From contig NC_042999.1 of NCBI RefSeq assembly GCF_006345805.1, forward strand, positions 166,098,001 through 166,162,000: a DNA stretch of 64,000 nt. The letters run 5' to 3'. This document shows, piece by piece, positions 27,601-39,900 of this stretch (position 1 is its first letter; every line of letters starts with the position of its first letter). The position numbers and the translations under genes were made by a program. Below the pieces are notes generated by a model, which did not search any database, was not told the origin of the DNA, and was given only the letters and a program-made list of their open reading frames with translations. The stretch is from Octopus sinensis. Lineage: Eukaryota.

Positions 27601-30600
27601 ATAAGTCCCGGGATCGATTTGCTCGACTAAAGGCGGTGCTCCAGCATGGCCGCAGTCAAATGACTGAAACAAGTAAAAGAGTAAAGAGAATATTGTTATG
27701 CATCAAAGTTGTGAGCTGGCATAATCGTTAGCACAGTAACAAAATGTTTAGTGGTGTTTCGTTTGTCTTTATGTTCTGAGTTCAAATTCCATGAAGGTCA
27801 ACTTTGCCTTTAATCCTTTCGGGGTCAATAAAATAAGTACCAAGTGAGCATTGGGGCTGATGTAATTGACTTACCCTCTCCCTTGAAATTCTGGCCTTGT
27901 GCCAAAATTTGAAACAATATTATTATACATTGCTTCTCTAAGATTTAAACTCCTGCACCTTAGATCTGCAACTATATTAGATCCCCTACAATTTAGGGAG
28001 GTTGTAATGTAGTTGGGTTTTTTTTTCTCTTTAACATACTTTTGCCACACTCTTGCTCTCTTCCACTTTCTTTCTCACTCTTGATCACTCTCTTGGTGGG
28101 TAACCTTGTACTTCCTCTACAGCAAGACACCTGTTTCTGTCCCTCTGTCACACTCTAACCTCTCATCACCAGGTACAAGGCCACCTCCTCTAATCCCCCA
28201 CCTCACCTCAAGTTATTTGTTAACCCTACTAGTGCTGGTGCCATGTGAAAAGCATCCAGTGCACCCAGTTAAGTGGTTGGCATTTGGAAGGGCATCCTAC
28301 TGTAAAGACCATGCAAAACAGACCTCTGTAGTGCTGGTGTCAATGTAAAAAGCACTCAGTCCACTCAGTAAGGTGGTTGGCATAAGGAAGTGTATCCAGC
28401 CAAAAAGACCATTAAAAACCAAAACAGATGGAGAAGCCTGATGTAGTTTTTTGGCCTGCCAGCTCCTGTCGTCAAACTGTCCAATCCTTACCAGCATGGG
28501 AAACAAATGTTAAATGATGATGACTTACTTAAATATTATGTTATTTTGAATATGACGTGACCCTCACTTTTTGTACTTAAAAATCAGTGTATTTTAACCT
28601 CTTATTTTTTCTTAATAGTTAAATATAATGCCTAAGTGTTGACCTTGGTATTTTGTATTAAATTTCTTGAATTATACATAAATAAAAACAGTTTTTCATA
28701 GAATTAGAAAGATTATTATCATTTATATATGCATTTTGAACTCAGTGTAGCTGTAGACACTATAGACATGAAAATAGTAAAAACTATTGAGTTTATTTCA
28801 TGTTGCCATAATTTCTTTTCCATTTCACAGAAAATCAAAATCTGACGGAAGAAAAGAAAAAAATGAGTTTTTTGGAAATCATGAAAATCCCGTAAGCACC
28901 TTTTAGTTTAATCAAACTAATGAGTTTGATTAAACTAATAATAATAATAATAATAATCGTCTGTTGTTGATGATGTGTGTTCAGAAGGTTCCGTGGCAGG
29001 TTTGGGCACAGATGACTGAAATAAATAGTCCAACACAGAAACGTTAGCTCTGATGTTTGTATTGCAGTATTAGCAAACTACACTGAAACAACATTTAAAC
29101 AAAGGCAGAGCGACTGAGGATAGCTCTGGGAAACTGAGCACTTACGAAGGATACACTCGTTTTCAGTCCCATCTGGGATTAGACTAAAAATAGATGGGGA
29201 AGTTGGGTGAGATTCTTCATGTTGTTAACATGAAACTAGGCTTCGAGTATCTTTATCTTTTACTTGTTTCAATCATTAAACTGCAGCCATGCTGGAGCAT
29301 ACCCTTGAAGAACTTTTATCCGAATGAATCGACCTCAGTACTTATTTTTAAAGCCTGGTGCTTGTTCTATCAGTCACTTCTGCTAAACTGCTCAGTTACT
29401 GGAACATCAACACCAGTTGTCAATCCTTATTTATAAATCCATTAAACCTTTTATATAATTTTGTAAAGAAATATTTTATGAAACTTTATATATTTTATAT
29501 TAAGTTTTTTTGTATTTATACACCCTCTTTATACATTTGTGTAGCTTCTAAAGGGTTTAGCAGTTTATGATTTGTTTTCACAAAACTCATAAAACTCACT
29601 GTATAATACATGTATTATTTTTGCTATTTCAGTCTTTGACCTTGTTTCAGGTTATTTTACATGGTTAGTAGATGATCTCTGTTCATAACTTTGAGAAAGG
29701 CATGAACATCACATAATCATATTTTCCATCTATGAATCTGAGACATTGTTCTCATCTAAGAAATGAAAATTTTGTATTCCTATTAATTCAAGATTGCTAT
29801 CCTTGCACTTTCCAGGATGGTCTTTGATGTGGCATTGGCTGTGTTTTGCCTGAAGGTTGTCCGTTACTGTATGTTCATGTGGTTACCAATGTATTTATAT
29901 AATGAGGTAAGATTATTTCATAGGATTTTTCTCTTTATTATTGGGTTTCAATGTCATTTGCCAGGAGTGTTCACTGAGTTAAGTGATTTGACATGTTGAT
30001 ACTGGATTTTAGATTCTTGCTGTTGATATGCCATAAAGTATTATTTTGAATGTTTGTCAACTGACTAGGAGGTATGTTTTTCAATTCTTGTCAAGAAATT
30101 TGTCTACTTAGATATGGGGCTCAATAACTTCGGGGTTAAGACAGTGAACAATTGATCTTTTTTTTCTCTCTCATAATTTATTTAGTCAGTACCATTAGAA
30201 AACATACCTTGGTCTATGACAAAAGGTCCTGCCAAAATGCTAGCTCATGGAAAATGAATTTATTTCATTTTTGAACATTTTATACTATTTGCTAACAGAC
30301 CAGCACTAGTTTCTTCACATCTTACTGTTTACTTATTACTGATCTCATAATCAAAGTCCAATGAGGCCAGTGCTAGAGCCCCATATTATTTCACTAACTT
30401 CACATCACTGTGATTGTTACCACCACCAACATCAGCATTATGAAGGTAGGTCAGGAGAGATTGTGAAGTTGCTGGAACTCAAGTAGAAATGTGTTTTTTA
30501 TACAAGATGTAAGAAGAAAAGAAATTTCAGTTAGGTTAAAACAAAAGTTTTAGTGGGAAAAAGGACAGGACTCGACTGCCTTTTTAGGAAGTAGCCTTTC

Positions 30601-32779
30601 TGGTTTTGCAGAAAGAAAACTGTCAGGAATAACATATAGTGTAGTTCTTGTTAACTGTGGGCAGACAAGGGATATTGTGGATCTGTAGGAAGCTGACTGA
30701 AAAGGAAATCTTCATCTGCAGGAGATGCACAGTTGTTGGCAGTAAGAACGTTTTTGAAATATATTCTTTCAAATGTTGTTTAAGTCATTAGAATGTGTTA
30801 CCATGGTAACCCGGTTACTAGTGGCAGTGGGTGCAAAAGCTGGAAAGAAATGAAGTGAGTGTTTGCTACTGGATGTTTTGCATTAGTGTGCATGAATGAA
30901 GGAACACAAATGGAAAGAGAGAAAAACTGAATATAAAAGGAATCGGATTTAGGATGCAAGAGAAGATACCGCATAGATATGGCAGATGAGAGTTTTCTTA
31001 ACCCTTTCGTTACTGTATTTCTGTTGAGATGCTCTGTGTTTCTTTCAATTACTTTAAATATAACAAAGAATTTAGTAAAATAACTTATTTATCATTCAGC
31101 TAGTGTTAGGAACATAAATTGTGACTAAGGTTTGGTGGAAGATTTGAATTCAAAACTTATGAAAACAAGACATTTGTAGCCAGAGCCAGTTTCAGTTGGG
31201 TTGATAATGAAAGGGTTAAGATGTGCCCAGCGGCCAGCTGGAGGGAACCTGCAGAAGAGGTGAAATCTTATCTCAAGGGGTTGAACCGCAAAAAGGAAAT
31301 AAGGGATTACAAGTAGTGAGATTCCATGCTGGAGAAGACTCATTGAGTCCATGTAAGCATGAGAAAAAGAACATAGAAATAAAAATGAAAAAAAATACAT
31401 AAACATTAAAGATAAAAAGCAAAAATATAGAAATAAAATATAAGTGACTGTATGAATTAGAACAAGATGTCAAAAATCCGTATTTAAAAATTACCTGCTG
31501 CCTTTCCTCTTTATTCTATTTCATATTCTCTTCTCTTTTATGGTTTTCTTTCTAGCTGAAGTATTCTAAAAGTCAAGCTGGTATTTTCTCGATTGCCTTT
31601 GAAGTTGGTGGCGTGTTAGGAAGTGCTTTGATTGGTTTTATCATGGACAGGTAGGTTGCAAGTAATTTTTATTTCTTCATATTGTACTTAGCTGTATTAT
31701 TCAACTGCTGTATATGCTTAATATTGTAATTGACCTGCTCAGATAAATAACGTGTATAACTTGAGTCTGGGAAGTACATTCTTTCATCTGTGCATCTATA
31801 CATGTGTACTCAAACTCAGAGAAACATGTGTACAATCTCAGACAATCATGTAAGCAAACACAGACATACATGTGTACATGTGTACATGAGCCAACAAAGG
31901 AACTTGCCAGAAATAACAAACAAATTTTCTTCAAATCACACCCCACCATCTCAAAAATGGAAAAGTGGTATTGAGCAATGTACTCCCAGATGGTCACAGC
32001 CAGAATATCTTTGATCATAAGTCTGCTTCATCAGAGCTGATTTGGTGCTAAACAGCAACAACGTCAATAATAGAGATACATGTGCACTCTTATACATAGG
32101 TACATATGCTGATTTGAAATTACCTTAAAACTTAGATCGGAAAATAATATATGATTAAATAATCAGGGAAGAAACAGTGACCACAGCCTTTACACATCCA
32201 TCTAAACTAGTGATATGAATGCAGTTGATGTTCAGTTTGAACTTCTGTACCTTGGTGTTAGTAGGGAAAATGTGTTTACAGTAAAATCTGGAATTGAACA
32301 GAATGTTTATTACAAGTTTTGAGTAGGGCTGACAAGTGATAGAGACAGGCATTTCATGTGGGTTGAAGGGAGAAGTGGGGTCAGAAACCACGACAACAAT
32401 TGTAAAATGGATTTAAAAAGATAGTGTTAGTCAGTGGTTGTTGTCTACTCCTGGGTCAATCCTGATTGAGTGACCTCTCATTAAATCCTTTACAGCCATC
32501 TTTTCAGGTTATCTTAGGTCTATCTTATCTAATCATCAGATAATATAGACTTCAGATAACCTGAATAGAACACATTAGATTTTAATGTGTTCTTTCCCTC
32601 TTTCAGATTGTAGGGTGTGGCTTGTAGGAAATTGTTGAACACTAACATTACACTACAATGCCTGTCCCAGGTTACTGGTTGTCGCTTGATATTTCTTATC
32701 TAACTGATATCAAAGGAACAGTGATGATGATGATAATAATAATTCGTTTATTGGCCACTTTTATTGCCAGTTTTCCATC

Positions 32780-32815
<36 letters not shown>

Positions 32816-35800
32816 GAAAGAAAACAAAAATACGTTCTTTCACTCCCTGAAAATAGCTTTAATGTTGATCCAATATAAATATTTTAAATTCTTTTCTTTG
32901 TTTTCTGTAGATTTTTCTCCAAAGGACCTCTCTTCGGAACAGGAATCTCAGTTCTATTGAGTGCAATCAGTCTTCTCTTGTTTAGTTGGACCAGCCATTG
33001 GGGTTTACATTTCAACAATGTTTTCATGTTCCTTGCTGGGGCATTCAACTGTGGCCCTGATTCAATATTAGGTCAGTTTGTTTCTACTTAATTCTCTCAT
33101 CAGTTGTTAAGAGTGAATATTGTTGTAGTGTGGGAAGCTCATTCATTCTTCTGCTCTCATCAGAGTCATACAAACAATAGACTACAAAAGGGCCAACGTG
33201 GATGAATATTTAAAGAGTAAAACAACTCTCTCAGCGGCGAGCTGGCAGAAACGTTAGCACGCCGGGCGAAATGCGCAGCCGTATCTCATCTGTCGTTACG
33301 TTCCAAGTTCAAATTCCGCCAAGGTTGACTTTGCCTTTCATCCTTTCGGGGTCGATAAATAAAGTACCAGTTATGCACTGGGGTCGATGTAATCGACTTA
33401 ATTCCTTTGTCTGTCCTTGTTTGTCCCCACTATGTTTAGCCCCTTGTGGGTAGTAAAGAAATATATCTCAGCAGTTGGTTGTAAGTTCAGAGAAGCTTCT
33501 TTCAGTTTCCCTTAACCAGATTCACTGACAAAGCTCTTGCTGACCCAGGATTAAAGTAAAATACACTTATCCTGGGTATTACAAGGGGCTGCTGAAAAGT
33601 TTCTGGCTTTGGGTTAAAGAAAATATAGGAGGATCAGATTTTATTCAACATATTCTCCTCTTAGATTCACATGCTTATTGTAGCGGTCCTTCAGTTTTTC
33701 TATACCATGTAAAATAACTTGGAAGGTTTTCCCTCAACCAGGCCTTTCGCAATACCCTTAAAGCCAGGAACTTTTCAGCTCCCCCTTGTATGTAGTGAAC
33801 ATAAAACTAGGTGTTTGAGAAGCAAACTTTTTAACCACATTGATATTACCCTATGTTTATTATGTTTCTGTGTCACTTCACTTCACATACAAGTTTATCT
33901 GGCAATGTTGCCTGAAGTAGACTGGCAACCTGTCCAAGAGAGGATGCTTCACTTTATAAGATTGGGGCCAAGTTTCAGCTCTGAGGGGTTTCAGAGAGTA
34001 TTCACATTTGCATTTCTTAGGAAGAAAAATATTCTGATATTAAAAAAAAAAATCAAGTATTACTTACCTCTTTAGGGCTGCCAGGGGCCATATATTTTAT
34101 ACTGATTTACATTTCATATACATTGTATGTATTTTCAAAGTATATTGACTTGATTGTCACAACTGGAATGGCAAAGTGATATTTCTTTTTATAGTGGGTT
34201 ATTGAAATATGGCTAATAGTTTAAGAAGTGAAGTATAGAAATGTACATCATCATCACCATCATCATTTAAAGTCCACTTTTTCCAAGATTGTATTGGTCA
34301 GACAGAATGTGTTGCAGCAGATTTGCTACGGCCGGATGCCCTTCCTGTTGCTAATCCTCACCTGTTTCCAAGCAAGGTAAAACTTTCCCTTACCTTGACA
34401 TATTTTTCATGGGAGACTGGAAACAAGCAATCTTGCTTACGATGATGATGATTTATAACTATTACATGATATCTGGACAAGGATACACATAGAGAGGGAA
34501 CTTGTGGAAGGGGTAGTCCCAGGAAGACATGGGACAAGGTGGTGAAATATGATCTTTGGTTGTTGAGCTTCACAGAGGTAATGACAAGTGACCAAGACAT
34601 CTGGCGATTTGCTGTACTTAGGAAGACTCATCAAGCTCAGTGAATCACCAGCATTGTCAGTGACACATAAAAGACATCCATGCCAGTATCAGTGACCTGT
34701 AAAAAAGACACCTAGTACACTTTGTAAAGTGGTTGGCATTAGGAAGAGCATTCAGCCATAGAAACCAAGCCAAAACAGACCACTAGAGTCTAGTGCAGCT
34801 CTCTGGCTTAACCAGCTCAAGTCAAACCATCTAACCTATGCTAGCATGGAAAACAGATGTTAACCCTTTAGCATTTAAACTGGCCATATCTGTCCAAAGT
34901 ATTCTACCTGTTTTATGTTGAAATCAGCCAGATCTGGCTTCTCACACCAACACTACAATGTTATTCTAAGTGTAAGCAATCACATTATCAAAATCTCAGA
35001 CAAACAAGGCAATGCAAGATTAATTCAAAACAGTGTGAATAAATATTGCCTTTGACAGAATAATCTAAATCCCGAAGGGTTAAATGCTGATGACGATGAT
35101 GATGATGTGCTATGCGCTTCTTTCAGTTTCTGTTTACCAGATCTGCTCACAAGGCTATAGTCAGCTCAGAGCAATAGTAGAAGACACTTTTCTAATGTCC
35201 AATGCAGCGGCACTGAACTCAAAACCACAGTTCAAATTTCTTCCATTATGTTATTATTACCTCCGCCAAGGAAGGAGGTTATGTTTTCATCGGCGTTGGT
35301 TAGTCTGTCTGTCTATCTGTGTGTGAAATAACTCAAAATGTTGTGAACGGTATTTAATGAAACTTGCAGGAAAGGTTGGTAATGACACAAGGAACAGATG
35401 ATGAAATTTTGGTAGTGATCCGGGAATTTTTATGGATTCTTGAAGGATTTTTCATTTGTTATATTTACTTTACATGAAGTATTACAATGTTACGCTCTTT
35501 GATTATCTCCCTTGAAGACCCATTCCTCATTTCCACGTAACCTGTGGTGGTGTTGCTGTTTCCAAACTTTATTTTCGTTTCCCTATCAGTAATTTTACTT
35601 GTGTATCTATCTTACAATAAGCTGCTTGGCAGAGGTCTGCACTCTGTTGAGTGCTTTTCTAGTATTACTTACGTGGCATGAAATAAAAACATGAATATCT
35701 TAACCTCTCGGTAATGCACCGAGATTTTATTGTCTGTCTCTCTCTTTTATCCTTTACTTGTTTCAGTCATTAGACTGTGGCCATGCTGGAGCACAGCCTT

Positions 35801-36587
35801 CAAGAAATTTTAGTTGAATGCATTGACCCCAGTACTTATTTTTCTTTTTGAGCCTGGTAACTTATTCTTTTGATCTCTTTTGCTGAACCACTAAGTTACG
35901 GGGAACATAAACACACAGCATCAGTAGTCAAGTGGTGGTGGGTAGGGCAAACACACACACACATACATACACAAGACCCAGGAAGACATGGCATGACCTT
36001 CAAACAATGGGCCTCACAGAGGCAATGACGAAAGACTGAGACCTCTGGAGATAGGCTGTGATTGAGAAGACCCAGCAAGGAAAGTGAGATCACAGCCGTA
36101 GCCTACACCAGTGTTGCATAACCAACCCATTTAAAAAGTACCTTAGAATCGTTGAGCAACATGCTGTGCTTGAGGAGACTTATTGAGTCAAGTAAAATGA
36201 AATCACAATCAAATGGAAATTGTAGTTGAGGCAGATGCCAGTGCCGCCTGACTGGCTCCCTTGCTGGTGACACACAATAAGCACCATTCATGTGTTGGTC
36301 ATTGCCAGTTCCACCCAACTGGCTCCCTGTGCCACTGGCACATAAAAAAGCACCATCTGAATGTGATCGATGCCAGTGCTGCCAGACTGGCTCCCGTAAC
36401 TGGTGGCACGTAAAAAGCACCCCCTACACTCTCGGAGTGGTTGGCGTTAGGAAGGGCATCCAGCTGTAGAAACACTGACAGATCAAGATTGGAGCCTGGT
36501 GCAGCCATCTGGTTTGCCAGTCCTCAGTCAAATCGTCCAACCCATGCTAGCATGGAAAGCAAACGTTAAACGATGATGATATGTGTG

Positions 36588-36626
<39 letters not shown>

Positions 36627-36930
36627 TATGTGAAATAGAAAGATGAATAATCTTGTAGTAGATTAATCAAAAGTTTAACCGATACCTTAGTAGCAAAAAT
36701 CACAGCAGTAAACAGCACGGTTGGAGGTACAACCATCTGGCGTTGCAACCGTGCGTTGGTGCGGATAATTGAAATTAAAACATTATTGGTGAATTGAAGA
36801 AATGGAGCTGAACGCAGATTGAACAGAAATCGTTTTATTTCATTCTACACGTGTTTCGAAACACGTGTAGAATGAAATAAAACGATTTCTGTTCAATCTG
36901 CGTTCAGCTCCATTTCTTCAATTCACCAAT

Positions 36931-36972
<42 letters not shown>

Positions 36973-39900
36973 CAGGCTTCTTTCAGTTTCTGTCTACCAA
37001 ATCCTCTCACAAGACTTTGATCAGCCCAAGATATAGTAGAAGACACTGGGACTGAACCCGGTGGGACTGAACCCGGAACTATGTGATTGGGAAGTAAATA
37101 ACTTACCACACAGCCATGCATATGCCTATTAAAAAATCTTTGCACATTACTATTATTTAGTCTTAACTGAAATTTGATCAGTCAGACCTATGATGAAAGG
37201 CATCCTATCTTTTTAGGTGTGTCTCAGACCATATTATCTTATGTGCTCTCCTATTTTATGTGTCAATGAGGGAGCTTCTATGTTGTCACTCATCCTGCTG
37301 GAAACAGTAGCCAGATCTCCCTCGAATCATGTCTTAATATTTCGAAATAAAAAAGATTTTGAAGTTGGTGTGAATCTTAAAGAAGTGAATTTTGATGTTA
37401 AAAGAATCTAGTTTGGTTGGCTGTGACTATACTCTTTTCTCTATAAAGACCACCTCTTATGAAACCAGGGCTCTGCTGATCAGTCTTTATTATAGCTACT
37501 ACTAATGCACCCCACCTCTGCTCTACAATCTTTTTATTACAGTCACCACCACAACTTTCTTTCCACTAAATCCATCAGCACCACATCCATTTCACTGCAG
37601 CAAAATTTCCATGGCAATCACCATCACTGCTATTTACCTACTGCTTTACTTACCATTAAAAGCCACCATCATTAAAGCCTTCACTTCACTTCCAATAGAG
37701 CCACCTCTAGCTGCACCACTTCTCTCACACCACCACAATCGCTACACTCTCTATCACTACTGTAGCCAATCAACTCTATCATAAATTATGTTTACCAGCC
37801 ATTAAATTCAGGAATAACAGGTCACTCTTCTTCAACTGAAGTTTTGTGGTCAAATTTCTGATTGTTTAACTCAGTGGTTCTCAACTATTTCTTTTCATAT
37901 GGACCCTTTTGGTTACTATATTATTCTGGTGGAGTCCCTTAGACATTCAGTATTTAAAAACTAGTCTTATAGATACTTCTTTCAAAACTTTTATTTTATT
38001 TTTCACACATTAACCTGTGTAGGTTTGCTATAGAACTCTCTGAGAGAACATGTTTCAGTGCTGAAAACCTGTTAAACTATTTAAAACATTAGAGAAAGAA
38101 ACTTGGCTGCTTCTATTGGAAGAGGTAGACTCAGGAAGATATGGTTCAAAGTGGTGAGGCATGATCTTCAAGTGTTGGGTCTCACAAAGGCAATGATAAG
38201 TGACTGAGACCTTTGATGATGTGCCGTGCTTCAGAAGACCTGTCCAGCCAAGTGAAATGGTAGTCATGGCTGATGTCAATGCCGTGTAACTGGAACCTGT
38301 GCCGGTGGCACGTAAAAAGCACCATTTAAATGTTGGGAGTCGTGGAGGCAGTGATAGGTGACCGAGACCTTTGGTGATATACCATGTTTGAGAAGTGCCA
38401 GTGTTACATAACTGGCACCTGTACCAGTGGCATGTAAAAAGCACCCACTACACTCTTGGAGTGGTTGGCATTAGGAAGGGCATCCAACCATAGAAACCAT
38501 GCCAAATCAGATTAGAACCTGGTGCAACTCCTCAGCTAACCAGTTTTCAGTCAAACTGTCCAACCCACGCCAGCATGGAAAACAGATGTTAAACGATGAT
38601 GATGAAAGGAAAATTTTTTTTCAGTTACCCTTAAAATACTACTGTGGACCCAATAAACTATTTAGCTTACATGGACTCTCAGGTGTCCCATGGACCCATG
38701 TTGAGAACCACTGGTTTGACATATATATATATATATATATATTTAAGTAGTTGAATGAATTATCCTAGTATGGATAATTCGGTTAACTGGTACCTGGGTA
38801 GCAAATTCACGTCAGAAAAACCCGGTTGAAGCTACATGCCAAGGGCAGAGATCACGTGCTTTCGTGTGGAAATTTGTGCGTTTTTTTTATACAAATAAAT
38901 GAAAGAATGGAGTTGAATGACGATTTAACAAAATTCCTTTATTCTCAACATATGTTTCGAAGGCTGCATATTCCTAATTTCGAAGGAATAAGGGGTGCAT
39001 TATGCCACCTTCTCATCAGGAAAGACAAGGAACTTATGTCAGCATCAAGATGAACAAAAACTCTTAGATGACTGCCCACACGGAGTCCATAGCGATAATT
39101 ATCGCTATGGACTCCGTGTGGGCAGTCATCTAAACATATGTCGAGAATAAAGGAATTTTGTTGAATCATCGTTCAACTCCATTCTTTCATTTATTTGTAT
39201 ATATATATATATATCATCTTTGTCACAGGAGCCGCTGTACCATCAAAGATTGGAGAACTAAATGGTCGCAATGCTGGAGCTGCTGTTGTAGGTTTTGTAA
39301 ATGGTAAGCACCATCTTTCTTTAATTCTTAATCTTCTTCTTAATTAGATTCTAATTAATTCTATAGTAGTTGTCTGTAAAAGCTCCTTGTTTTCACAGTT
39401 AGTTCAAAGTCAGGCTTAGCAGTATACTAGGACTAGATGTAGTTTACAAAAGTATAGATGGGATATTGTTAATGGTAATACTGTAGTAGTAAATTTTACA
39501 CTATATTATTTGTTATTATATGAAACTATAAAGGTGGTGAGTTGACAGACAAAATGCTAGGCAGCATGTTCTAAGTTCAAATTCCACTGAAGTTGACTTT
39601 GCCTCTCATCCTTTTGGGGTTGGTGAAATAAGTATTAGTTTGGCATTGGGGTTGATGTAGTCAACTAGCTCCACCCCACCAAATTTTAGGCTTTGTGCCT
39701 ATAGCAGATAGGATTATTATATCAAACTATTTACTATTATAATAAAAGCGTTGGGATATTTAATATAGGCAGGAGGGGTATGTAAGTGTTAAAATGACAA
39801 TTGTTTTGTACAATACCCAACCATCCAAATATGCAAACCATTTTGCCAGTGTGGAAATAAGGTTATAAGACTGAAGTAAACACATACACAAAACAATTAC

